Origin: Oligoflexales bacterium
GTDB lineage: Bacteria > Bdellovibrionota_B > Oligoflexia > Oligoflexales > JAPPIL01
DNA: 64,000 nt
Direction: 5' to 3'
NCBI GenBank assembly: GCA_965226195.1
Contig: OZ245333.1
Location: forward strand, 2,152,275 to 2,216,274
Each line of letters starts with the position of its first letter. The first letter of the stretch is position 1. Under the pieces are notes generated by a model. The model saw only the letters and a program-made list of their open reading frames with translations. It searched no databases and was not told the DNA's origin. The position numbers and the translations under genes were made by a program. This document shows positions 1 through 8,485 of the stretch, piece after piece.

Positions 1-64
1 AAATTCTTACTGCTAAAGGGTTATAGGATATAAACATGCCTGCCCTGAGTTATGCAACAAAGCC
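1..64. repeat. 64-bp repeat copy; perfect inverted partner at 31207..31270
   Basis: The reverse complement of 31207..31270 reads identically to 1..64 by hand alignment. The copy may extend left of the window. Confidence 0.9.
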
Positions 65-95
65 GTCGTTCCCCCCTCTCGTGCTCTCCCCCCTC

Positions 96-425
96 TCGTG
101 CTTCGCACGGCTCTTTGCCGCTTTCTAGCTCCACCCCCCCCCTCTGTTCGCGAATTCTTGTTTGGGATTGGGAGGAAGCATCCTGCTGGCACCATGCACA
201 CATGTGTGCATGCTCTTTGTCGCTTCCTAGCTCCAGCTGTCGCATGCGCGTGAAATGGTTCGCAGTGATGATACCCATAGACCTTGTGTAAACTTCTGCG
301 GACAATACCAACTTGTGTGTAGCACAGGCAATATCTTTACAATATCAGTGTGCTCATGATGAGTTTGTCAATGCTTAGCACTATACCAATTCCCCAAAAC
401 AAACCCCGTATCAAGGCTCGCGTTT
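96..425 (+). repeat. Mosaic dispersed repeat (R2 module), direct copy of 60253..60520
   Basis: Shared blocks include ctcgtgcttcgcacgg, ggaagcatcctgct.caccatg, tcgcat.cgcgtgaaatggtt, gtgtaaacttctgc.gaca.taccaac and tgtgtagcaca.gca. It ends in the module-A junction ccccaaaacaaaccccgtatcaaggctcgcg. Reverse copies lie at 31290..31450 and 38866..39060. Confidence 0.75.
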
Positions 426-694
426 GTATACGAGGAGGCGTTCCCACACCATAGCAACTGATGTGCTAAAAGCGTTCATAACCACCAACACGGTTGTGAA
501 CGCTCTGTTGAAGATGAACTGTAGCTCCGCTTTTGGCGAGTCCAGCGAACGAACGATGATCTTCTGAAAGAGCTGCCTGTAGATGGACTTGAGCGAAACC
601 GCATCCTTGCTGTTGATGTAGTTGAGTGTGGCAGTCATATGCTCCAGTGCGCTGCTTTTACTTGGCTCTTGTGCCTCTGCAATCTTCTGTCAGC

Positions 695-770
695 CCTGAG
701 TTCAGTGCCTAAGAAAAAGTGGAAACATAACTATAGAAAGCAATTGCAAGATTTAGGCACTGAACTCAGG
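695..770. repeat. Perfect 18-bp inverted repeat (cctgagttcagtgcctaa / ttaggcactgaactcagg) with a 40-nt spacer
   Basis: The arms lie at 695..712 and 753..770 and are exact reverse complements. The left arm shares ccctgagtt with the 1..64 repeat. Confidence 0.9.
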
Positions 771-872
771 AATGTTGGTTTTTTTCTGTTGTTACTACAT
801 GCTTAACATGTTACTTTGGCAAGAATTTTTTGCGAAGCAGAGATTATTTCTTATCTAATTGGGAGATGTATC

Positions 873-1745
873 ATGACAAGCTTGAGGAACTGGTGGTTGG
901 TTGCGGCTATAGCCGTTGCATGTGGGTGGTTGCAGACTGGCTTCGCGGCTACGCGGGCTGAGAAGCAGGCGGTGCGCGATTATCTGCTAGCGCGGGGGGA
1001 GTTCCCAGATGGTTTAAGTGTTGATGGTGGTATCGAGGTTGCCTTCGGGAAAAAACGCGATACAGATGTTCATATAATGATTCAGGTTGGCCAATTTAAC
1101 GCTTTCACAGCACAGATCAAGGATGAGGACGGGCAAGTATTGCAAGGGCAGGATGTTGAGCTATTGGTTTTGCCCGGCGGACAGAGTGTCGTTCCCTTTA
1201 CCCTGATGCGCTGGCAAGGTGACGATCACGATGCTGGCAGTGTTTCCGGCCAGTGGCGCGGAACACAGATTGTCTTTGGCGATCTTTTTCTGACGCGCGA
1301 TCTGCCACAAGCGTCGCGGTTGGTGGTGTTGGTGCGCATGCAGCAGGGTGGTAATGCGTTCCGTTTGCAGACCTTCCCGTTTTATAGCGCCGAGTCAGAA
1401 TACCAGCTGGTTGAACCTGTATCCTATGAAGTTCTCGAAACGTCTCCGCCACGGGCAAAATGGACGCTCAAATTTACTGCAGATATACCCTCGCACTTTG
1501 GTATCAGCTGGTACGTCACCGAAAAATATGGCAGCGCGTCAGATGTAACGGATTTACGTATCGAAGCTGCTACATCGACGTTGAGCATCCTGAGCGCCCC
1601 CCACCGCACGTGGGAGGGTACTGGCTGTAAAACACTTGTGGTGAATATCGCCATGGCGTGCGAAGATAGTCCAAAATGCCGCACCTTGCGTCGCCACTCA
1701 TCGATGCTCATTGCTGCACCGTTTGGCGATTGTCAAGCTAACTGA
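873..1745 (+). CDS. Hypothetical secreted protein
   Basis: The long ORF has an ATG at 873 preceded by GGGAG (861..865). The N-terminus MTSLRNWWLVAAIAVACGWLQTGFAA looks like a signal peptide. I recognise no family. Confidence 0.55.
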   Translation: MTSLRNWWLVAAIAVACGWLQTGFAATRAEKQAVRDYLLARGEFPDGLSVDGGIEVAFGKKRDTDVHIMIQVGQFNAFTAQIKDEDGQVLQGQDVELLVLPGGQSVVPFTLMRWQGDDHDAGSVSGQWRGTQIVFGDLFLTRDLPQASRLVVLVRMQQGGNAFRLQTFPFYSAESEYQLVEPVSYEVLETSPPRAKWTLKFTADIPSHFGISWYVTEKYGSASDVTDLRIEAATSTLSILSAPHRTWEGTGCKTLVVNIAMACEDSPKCRTLRRHSSMLIAAPFGDCQAN

Positions 1746-1750
1746 AACAT

Positions 1751-1775
1751 GGAGAGGTGGGTAGCCCACCTCTCC
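1751..1775 (+). terminator. 11-bp perfect stem hairpin just after the 873..1745 stop
   Basis: The sequence is ggagaggtggg-tag-cccacctctcc. The T-tract after it is weak (aaatt), so terminator function is uncertain. Confidence 0.35.
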
Positions 1776-1925
1776 AAATTATAAGCCCTAGCCCTGCAAG
1801 GCTGTGTTATACTGGTCGGTATACTTGTAGTTCTTGCAGGAACGTTCTGTGCCTAATCCCTTACTTCCCAGTGACCCGCACGATGATGATGATTTTTGCG
1901 GGTGGCACGCGTGGTGGGTGCGGCG

Positions 1926-2566
1926 GTGAATGATGGTAAGCGTTGGGTCGTTGTTAGTAACAGGTTGCCGGTGCACTTTGATGCACGGTGTAAGAAGTTC
2001 GTTGTTTCTAGCGGTGGGTTGGTGTCATCGCTGCTGGGTGTCGATTATCAGCGTCGATCCTTTGGCTGGGGTTGACTACCGAGCAGTGTGATGCTGATGA
2101 GATTGCCGCGGCGTTGGGAATCGATAGCCACATCAAGGTCGTGCTGCTGACAGTCGCAGAAGAGCTTTACGATCCCTACTACAACAAGTTATGCAACGCG
2201 GTGTTGTGGCCATTACTGCACTATGAAAACCACAGTGTGAGTTGGGATTTTGACGCGTGGCAGAAATATCAGGAGGTCAATCGCATCGTCGCCTCAGCGT
2301 TGCTGAAACTGACGAGCGCGGGTGACGATCTAATTTAGCTGCATGACTTTCACCTTATGCTGTTTGCGGCACAGTTGTGGTTGAAGTTACGCCGGCAGGG
2401 TGTCGGTTTTTTTCTACACGTGCCGTTTCCTAGTTATGAGATTTTTCGGCAGTTGCCATTGTGCAGCACAATTCTGCGTGCGTTGTTAGCGCACGCTTTA
2501 ATTGGTTTTCACGATTACAGTTATCTTACGTACTTTGCGCAGACGGTGCACTACGTGCTCGACTAG
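1926..2566 (+). pseudogene. otsA: Trehalose-6-phosphate synthase (GT20, OtsA) pseudogene: frameshift, nonsense codon and 3' truncation
   Basis: OtsA-like blocks are present: KRWVVVSNRLPV, LYDPYYNKLCNAVLWPLLHY, LHDFHLML, FFLHVPFPSYEIFRQLP and LIGFHDYSY. The frame breaks near 2070. A TAG at 2336 sits where OtsA has the conserved Trp (DDLIW.HDYHL). Similarity stops near 2566, about one third of normal length. Confidence 0.75.
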
Positions 2567-2899
2567 TTGTAGCCTAACGATAATGCTACGCTGGTCTTCG
2601 TTGTTGGTAGCCTCAACGATGTGCAGCCACTCCTTAATGGGTAACTGGTTCACGCATAGCTCTGGAAGACTACCGCAGGCCAAGACCGATTTCTCAATAA
2701 CACTGGAAGGTGGCAATGCTAGTTCGCCACTCGTTGTGTTTCTGACCCACGCGTATATCCTTTCTAGTGCTTCCATCATCAGCTCCTCATCTGCAGCCCC
2801 AGCGATAGCAAATCGCACACGATATGCAAGTCTGTTCAACACTTCGCCTTGCTTTAGAGAGTGCGCGGGGAGATTGTAATACATTGCATGCCTAGCCAT
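2498..2899 (-). CDS. Hypothetical protein (133 aa) occupying the position of the missing otsA 3' part
   Basis: Only an ORF is visible and I recognise no family. Its 3' end overlaps the otsA remnant, so it may itself be a remnant. Confidence 0.25.
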   Translation of the reverse strand: MARHAMYYNLPAHSLKQGEVLNRLAYRVRFAIAGAADEELMMEALERIYAWVRNTTSGELALPPSSVIEKSVLACGSLPELCVNQLPIKEWLHIVEATNNEDQRSIIVRLQLVEHVVHRLRKVRKITVIVKTN

Positions 2900-2952
2900 A
2901 TTTAGGTGGTATTCATCCAGTCATCTGCGCCAAGCAGATAAAAAAACTAAGC

Positions 2953-3765
2953 TTACAACGCTTGCAGTTTTTCGGTCGCTTTCTTTGCCTCGTCAGAGTC
3001 AGCGAAGTTGGTAACCACATCTTGGTAAAATAAGCGTGCCGTTTTCTTGTCGCCTAAGTGACGAAAACAATCACCGAGTCTGAGTTTTGCCAGACGCAAG
3101 TATTTTTTGTCGTCCCCCGCTTCGGCAAGATCGTTAAAATGTAACGCCGCATCACGAATTTTACCTAGCTTAAAAGTGCTTTCTGCCAACAGATACATTG
3201 CCTCAAAGCGTGTCGGTTGACCTTGCAGGCGCTTGATAACTGCCTGTGCATCTTCAAACACATAACGATAATGCTTGCTGCCAAAAGCAGCCTTCAATCC
3301 AGCAAGGTCAGTTATTTTTTTGCGTTTTTTGCTGCGCTTGACTTTCTTTTTTTTATCATAAAGTGCCAGTAGTGCCTTGAATTCCTTCATTAACGTCGCT
3401 TGGGTGGCACTCAGTTCATCGGTGCGCGTCTGCAAGTCGCTAAGCGTGCCTGCCACCGACTCATGTTCAGCACTGAGACCCGGATAACGCCCCGTAATAA
3501 CCCCGACCTTCACTGCATCGAGCAGTCCCGTCATTTTCTGTAATTTTGTTTCAATGGCATCAAGACGACCTTGCACACCAGCAATCCTCTTGTTCCCTGA
3601 AGTGCTCTTGGTGTCTTGCTCTTTGCGGGTCGTATCGATACTGTGCTCAATGTCTAGCATGCGCTTTTTCAGCACAAACAAGTCACTCTCAAGTGCCGCA
3701 TGCTTCGCACGTGTGGCACATGCACTGGTAAGCACAACACACGCTAACAACAAGTATTGCCACAT
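2953..3765 (-). CDS. YbgF/CpoB-like periplasmic protein (N-terminal coiled coil plus C-terminal TPR)
   Basis: It has a signal peptide, a heptad-like central region, a Lys-rich linker (KKKKVKRSKKRKK) and a TPR-like C-terminus (AMYLLAESTFKLGKIRDAALHFNDL..LRLGDCFRHLGDKKTARLFYQDVV). Confidence 0.6.
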   Translation of the reverse strand: MWQYLLLACVVLTSACATRAKHAALESDLFVLKKRMLDIEHSIDTTRKEQDTKSTSGNKRIAGVQGRLDAIETKLQKMTGLLDAVKVGVITGRYPGLSAEHESVAGTLSDLQTRTDELSATQATLMKEFKALLALYDKKKKVKRSKKRKKITDLAGLKAAFGSKHYRYVFEDAQAVIKRLQGQPTRFEAMYLLAESTFKLGKIRDAALHFNDLAEAGDDKKYLRLAKLRLGDCFRHLGDKKTARLFYQDVVTNFADSDEAKKATEKLQAL

Positions 3766-3783
3766 CAGTTTACCTCCCTCTAA

Positions 3784-4347
3784 CTAAAGATTATTTTCTG
3801 GCAAAAAATCGTTCACCTGCTGCAAAAATTCTGCCGAAATCGCCCCGACATTGCGTCGGCGCACCACTCCCTTCGCATCGATAATGAAAGTCTCTGGTAC
3901 ACCCGTTACGCCGTAATCGATAGCCGTGCTGCCGTTGCGGTCTAGTCCGAGCGGATAAGTTTTGTTGTATTGGCGAGCAAAACGTCGTGCCGCAATCTCT
4001 TCGTCATGCACGGCAATACCAAGCACCAACACATGCTCACGTTCCCTGTCCCACAAGTCTTGTAGCAGGTGTGCCTCCTGTCGGCAACTCAAACACCAGC
4101 TGGCCCAAAAATTCAACACCACCACCTTGCCTTGTGCCACGGCGGAAAAACTCCCTCCCTGCAACTCACGCAACAGACTCTTACCCTGTAGCCAGTTTAG
4201 CACAAACGACGGTGCAGGTTTGCCTTCCAGCACGGTGCGCGGCTTACTCTGGTCAATGGTCAAGCCTCGTGCCAGCGTATAAACCAACACCGCTGCGACA
4301 GCCAGCAATGCGACGCTGATTAGCACATGAGCACGACGCACTTTCAT
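3784..4347 (-). CDS. ccmG: Thiol:disulfide oxidoreductase CcmG/DsbE (TlpA-like thioredoxin)
   Basis: It has an N-terminal TM anchor and a WASWCLSCRQE CXXC motif like E. coli DsbE WATWCPTCRAE. It lies directly downstream of ccmE. Confidence 0.85.
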   Translation of the reverse strand: MKVRRAHVLISVALLAVAAVLVYTLARGLTIDQSKPRTVLEGKPAPSFVLNWLQGKSLLRELQGGSFSAVAQGKVVVLNFWASWCLSCRQEAHLLQDLWDREREHVLVLGIAVHDEEIAARRFARQYNKTYPLGLDRNGSTAIDYGVTGVPETFIIDAKGVVRRRNVGAISAEFLQQVNDFLPENNL

Positions 4348-4349
4348 CG

Positions 4350-4793
4350 TCAGTTGCCCAAAATCGATTTGATCAGCAACTCCTTGTCTTGCATCTCAGT
4401 GTCGTGCGGCACACGATATTCCTCTGAATGCTTGACCATTAGAGTATGAGATTGCATCGTCTTTTTTTGCAAATCAAAGTAGCCCTCAGCCACAACACCC
4501 TGTCCTTCCTTGAACAAATCAGGTGGCGTGCCACGATGCTGCACGACAATGTCATGGCCTTTGAAATCCGTCAGCGTGAACCGCAACTGTAGACGTTCCA
4601 TCTCCTTCTGCACGCTGCCTACCTTAACCATGCCACCGATTTTGATGTTTTTGCCCTGCACATCGAGATCGGGAGCGAAAACTTCCTTCGGCGTATAGAA
4701 ATAGACGATGCTGTCGCCAAGTTTAAGCAGCGACAACGCCACGATAACTGCAACGATAACCAGCGAGCCAATGATCCATTTAGTTTTCTTCAT
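4350..4793 (-). CDS. ccmE: Cytochrome c heme chaperone CcmE
   Basis: It has a TM anchor, an OB-fold-like body and the HxxxY heme-binding motif (KHSEEY). I place the start at the ATG at 4793 (MKKTKWIIG) rather than the ORF-track start at 4826. Confidence 0.9.
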   Translation of the reverse strand: MKKTKWIIGSLVIVAVIVALSLLKLGDSIVYFYTPKEVFAPDLDVQGKNIKIGGMVKVGSVQKEMERLQLRFTLTDFKGHDIVVQHRGTPPDLFKEGQGVVAEGYFDLQKKTMQSHTLMVKHSEEYRVPHDTEMQDKELLIKSILGN

Positions 4794-4935
4794 CCTGTTT
4801 TTCCGTAAGAGTTTGCCGCAAGGCACGCAATTTGCGGCGCTCGCAGTGCAGATACACCAGTGCCAGCAACAACACTAGCACCACTACTACATAAGCACCA
4901 ACTAAAGCCAAACCCTGTGCATTAGTTAGCAACAT
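4780..4935 (-). CDS. ccmD: Heme exporter protein CcmD (51 aa, below the ORF-track size cut-off)
   Basis: Hand translation gives MLLTNAQGLALVGAYVVVVLVLLLALVYLHCERRKLRALRQTLTEKQDEEN. That is a single TM helix followed by a basic tail. It sits between ccmC and ccmE and overlaps the ccmE start by 14 nt. Confidence 0.6.
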   Translation of the reverse strand: MLLTNAQGLALVGAYVVVVLVLLLALVYLHCERRKLRALRQTLTEKQDEEN

Positions 4936-4948
4936 GTTGTCCTCCGTT

Positions 4949-5632
4949 TCAATTCAAATCGCTCACCAGTTCAGCAATGCGCTGCTGCATGTGTAAGTTT
5001 TTCACCCGTGCGAACAGCATCCATGTCATGAACAACAGTGAGGACAGGGTTGTTGCGAGCAGCAAAGTTATAATTTCCCCGCTCATTGTGCCCATGCCCA
5101 TACTCGGTGGTTGATGCAGCGTGCGCCACCACGTAACGCTTTTATAGACGATTGGCACGTCGATAAAAATTAAAATTCCTAACGCTGCGCTCGCTTTGAC
5201 TTTGTTCACCCCGCTGGGCAACGCCGTCTGCAACAAGAGATAAGCAGAAAACAGCACACCGAGAATAAAAGTAGTAAGCAGCCGTGCGTCCCACGTCCAC
5301 CATACACCCCATGTCACGCGCCCCCAAATCGAGCCTGTCACTAAGCCCGTCACCGTGAACAGCAGTCCCAGTTCAGCAATCGCTTGTCCCCAGAGCATGC
5401 AGGCTTCGTTTTTTTTGCGTAAGGCATAGATACTGCACAAAAAAAGATAAAAGGCACAGACAAAAGCCGTCAAGCAAGTAGGAACATGCACGTAGATGAT
5501 GCGATAGACATCACCTTGATGCACGTCAGTGCCAACACCATAAAGCCCCCAACTCCAGCAAACAAGCTGCAGGGCGAACAACACGATGCCAAAACGAAAC
5601 GCGGCGAACTCAACTTTCAATTTGTTCTCCAA
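4949..5632 (-). CDS. ccmC: Heme exporter protein CcmC
   Basis: It is polytopic and carries the tryptophan-rich WGxxWxWDxRL motif (WGVWWTWDARL). Confidence 0.9.
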   Translation of the reverse strand: MENKLKVEFAAFRFGIVLFALQLVCWSWGLYGVGTDVHQGDVYRIIYVHVPTCLTAFVCAFYLFLCSIYALRKKNEACMLWGQAIAELGLLFTVTGLVTGSIWGRVTWGVWWTWDARLLTTFILGVLFSAYLLLQTALPSGVNKVKASAALGILIFIDVPIVYKSVTWWRTLHQPPSMGMGTMSGEIITLLLATTLSSLLFMTWMLFARVKNLHMQQRIAELVSDLN

Positions 5633-6305
5633 ACAGCAACAAGCCCAGTGTCAGATATACAATATCCATGCCAACCAACAACGTAATCCACTTGAGTTGT
5701 GATTCATCCATCACACCTTTTTCAAGATAAGCGTAAGATGTCTCCGCCCCACCAATCAACAGCGGCACAGTCAAGGGAAAATAAATCAGTGGGTAGAGAA
5801 TGTTGCGTCCTTTGGCATGCAAGACGATAGTTGTCAGCAACACGCCGAGTGCCGCTTGCCCTACCAATACCAGCGAAGCGATGCCGAGCACGAACAAAAA
5901 CGCCCCGTAATCTCCGTGCGCATTGAAGACAAAGGCGAGCAACAACAGTGGCAACAAAAACATCAAGCTGCTGATGATAAAGACCAGCAACTTGCTCAAA
6001 TACCAAATTTCACCGTTGAGCGGATAGGTACGTAGCAAGTCGTAAACCCCATCACGCTGCTCAAATTCAAAAATTCGCAAGCAGGAAATCTGCATAGCAA
6101 GAAAAAAAGCGAGATAAATTTCGGCAACCAACACTCGTGTTGACACCGCCCCCGGTGTAACAAAACAGACCGCCGTAACCACTAGAATGACCGCGGCAAA
6201 CAGAAACGACGAGAAGATACGTTCCTTGTTGCTAAACTCCAACCGCAGACCGCAACTGACAAAGAGATACAGCTGTTGCCAAGCTGATGCATGTTCCCTA
6301 GTCAT
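5610..6305 (-). CDS. ccmB: Heme exporter permease CcmB
   Basis: This polytopic 231-aa protein lies between ccmA and ccmC and overlaps both. Confidence 0.8.
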   Translation of the reverse strand: MTREHASAWQQLYLFVSCGLRLEFSNKERIFSSFLFAAVILVVTAVCFVTPGAVSTRVLVAEIYLAFFLAMQISCLRIFEFEQRDGVYDLLRTYPLNGEIWYLSKLLVFIISSLMFLLPLLLLAFVFNAHGDYGAFLFVLGIASLVLVGQAALGVLLTTIVLHAKGRNILYPLIYFPLTVPLLIGGAETSYAYLEKGVMDESQLKWITLLVGMDIVYLTLGLLLFGEQIES

Positions 6306-6900
6306 GCTTCAACTCCAGACGTTGTGTGCGCAGCGAGGCAAAGGCCGTGTCGTCGTGACTGACAATTAAGGCTGCACCGCCATTGCGCACATGCTGCAAC
6401 AGCAAGGCACTGAACATCTGTGCCCCTTCTGCATCAAGTGCCGCGAGTGGCTCATCAAGCACCCACAGTGGCGAGGGCGATAGCAGCAGCCTTGACATGC
6501 TCAAGCGACGTTTCATGCCTGTCGAAAAAAGCCCGACCGCAAGGCTGCGAGGAAAACGAATGCCAAAACGTTGCAAGGCGGGCAGAATTTCATCTTCGTT
6601 GAGGCTGTTGTTTTTTAGTTTTGCCCACCAGCATAGATTATCCCACGCCGACAGCTGGGCAAAAAAACCATTGCCATCCGCGGCCAAGTATTCGCACAGC
6701 TTGCGTCCCGACCCGCCTTTAAAGATAATTTCGCCCATGGCATAGGGCAACAACCCGACGATAATTTTCAGCAAGGTGGTCTTGCCAGCCCCGTTACGGC
6801 CTTCGAGGTGCAACACGCCGCCTGCGGCGAGATTAAAGCTAACGTTCTTGAAGATGACACGCGGCGGAAAGCTTTTGGTGAGATCACTGACATGTAACAT
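6298..6900 (-). CDS. ccmA: Heme ABC exporter ATP-binding protein CcmA
   Basis: It has Walker A GRNGAGKTT, an ABC signature-like FSTGMKRRLSMSR and Walker B LWVLDEP. Confidence 0.85.
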   Translation of the reverse strand: MLHVSDLTKSFPPRVIFKNVSFNLAAGGVLHLEGRNGAGKTTLLKIIVGLLPYAMGEIIFKGGSGRKLCEYLAADGNGFFAQLSAWDNLCWWAKLKNNSLNEDEILPALQRFGIRFPRSLAVGLFSTGMKRRLSMSRLLLSPSPLWVLDEPLAALDAEGAQMFSALLLQHVRNGGAALIVSHDDTAFASLRTQRLELKHD

Positions 6901-6933
6901 GATTGCCCTACTGCTCGACTGTTGCAGCCACTA

Positions 6934-7917
6934 TCAACGCTGCCTGCTCTCCTGCTCTCGCCCCGCCACTCGCGCAGGTGTGTGTGGTCGCAGATGCAGG
7001 GCGAATATATCCATCGTTTTTTCTCTAGTAAAGAGAATTTGCTGCCCACCCTCTCTCCACACTGGCCAGCGTTCACGAGCGGAGCGGGTGCGGGTCAAGG
7101 CACGCTCTTGGCCGCGGTGATCACGCAGACGCAAATCGTAATCGACCAGCTTGCGACCAACGAAGACAGCCTTCGCATAAACAAAGTGCTTCCCCTGCGG
7201 ATGCCAACTTGGATCACGCCCGCTAGCGATGAAACTCACTTCCTCGCCCTCCCGCTGCAGGTAAATCTTGCCTCCCTGCGTGCCCCACAACACGGCATTA
7301 CCACGCGGTGCGATAGCGAAGGAGGCCAGCCCTGTGTTGTCATCGGCAAGCTTGGCATAAGAACGCCCATCACTCTCGACCAGCAGCATCCCACGCTGTG
7401 TTGCCAGCCACTTGCCGCCTTGCGTGCGTCGTCCGACTTGCCATTTTGCCAAACGATTGGAGGGATAGTAGATTTTGTTGACCTTGATACCTTTGTCATG
7501 CATTACCTGAAAGGTTAGATCCCGCGGGTCGAAGGTCAGCAGGCCACTGCTCGATGGCAGGCTATCGAGCAGGTGCGACTTGCCCTGTGCAACATCAAAA
7601 GCTTTGATATTACTGGTAATTTTTTTATTTTTGCCTTCATTTAGCTGTAGCTCGCGGTAAAACAAACGATGCCCACTCGGTGCCCAGAAAGTCGCGCCAC
7701 CGACATAACTTGTTGAAACCGTAAAAATAAATTTATTCTGTAAATTCAATATCTTAAGTTTATTTTTGCCTGTCACTTGATAGGCGAGATAGCGCCCATG
7801 CGGGTCGATTCGCAAATTTTCGATGGCTTCGTCCAGCCGCAACCAAAGTTGCGTCTGTGGCAGCACCGCGGCGAGTTGCGGCATAACGATGAGGCTGATA
7901 ACGAGCAAGCGTGCCAT
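6934..7917 (-). CDS. TolB-like periplasmic beta-propeller protein
   Basis: It has a signal peptide and repeated approximately 40-aa units with PD40-like patterns (RIDPHGRYLAY, FWAPSGHRLFY, FAIAPRGNAVLW, DPSWHPQGKHFVY, WPVWREGGQQILF). It is the first gene of the ccm operon. Confidence 0.5.
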   Translation of the reverse strand: MARLLVISLIVMPQLAAVLPQTQLWLRLDEAIENLRIDPHGRYLAYQVTGKNKLKILNLQNKFIFTVSTSYVGGATFWAPSGHRLFYRELQLNEGKNKKITSNIKAFDVAQGKSHLLDSLPSSSGLLTFDPRDLTFQVMHDKGIKVNKIYYPSNRLAKWQVGRRTQGGKWLATQRGMLLVESDGRSYAKLADDNTGLASFAIAPRGNAVLWGTQGGKIYLQREGEEVSFIASGRDPSWHPQGKHFVYAKAVFVGRKLVDYDLRLRDHRGQERALTRTRSARERWPVWREGGQQILFTREKTMDIFALHLRPHTPARVAGREQESRQR

Positions 7918-8050
7918 AGATACTGCTATACTTGTAGTTAGAGGTATCGTTTTAGCTGGCAGCGTCTTGCCTTCGGCAAAAATTTCCTTAAGAAAAACGC
8001 GCTGTCTGCCGATACTTATAGTATAACCCCCTAACTATCAGGAAGGAACT

Positions 8051-8353
8051 ATGGGCATCTTCATTAATCTAGCGATCATCGCCGCGTTCTTGTTCGCACT
8101 GCCGACTGAGCTTGAGGCAAAGAGCAAGAAACGCCGCCGTGCACCGGGCAAAGGCAACCTCGTCATGGAAGCGGAGATTAAAAAAGATAAGAAAAGCTAT
8201 GACTTCGATTCGATGAGCATCGATGGCCAACGCCGCGTGCCACTCGGCAACCTGATCAATCAGAAGCAGGCAAACAAGGAATACGAGTTCGTCAAGATTC
8301 GTCTGCGCTGGCGGCAGGAGATGATTCAGTCAGCTTCCAATCTGAACCTGTAG
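8051..8353 (+). CDS. Small secreted basic protein (100 aa), hypothetical
   Basis: It has a signal peptide (MGIFINLAIIAAFLFALPTELEA) and a charged body. It is divergent from the TolB-like gene. Confidence 0.45.
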   Translation: MGIFINLAIIAAFLFALPTELEAKSKKRRRAPGKGNLVMEAEIKKDKKSYDFDSMSIDGQRRVPLGNLINQKQANKEYEFVKIRLRWRQEMIQSASNLNL

Positions 8354-8485
8354 GCTCGCGTTTGTTTTGTTGCTTGAGGAAGAGGGTGGCCTAGGTTGCC
8401 CTCCTCACCTTCCCCACATACAAGCGACCACCTCAAACCAAAAGTAGGCACGGCAGCTATTGAACCGCCGTGCCTCATACCAATA

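Noticed and set aside
13-311. ORFs within repeat DNA: 13..201, 21..311, 52..291, 16424..16654, 36952..37211, 38855..39061, 39231..39641, 60083..60403
   Set aside because: They sit entirely in multi-copy repeat modules found in both orientations. Their copies differ by indels that break the frames, and their composition (P/S/R/C-rich) is not protein-like.
411-638. 75-aa minus-strand ORF, considered as a possible transposase N-terminal remnant next to the 18-bp inverted repeat
   Set aside because: I cannot match it to any transposase family from memory. Its 3' end runs into repeat module A. It is not reported as a feature and is mentioned only as context.
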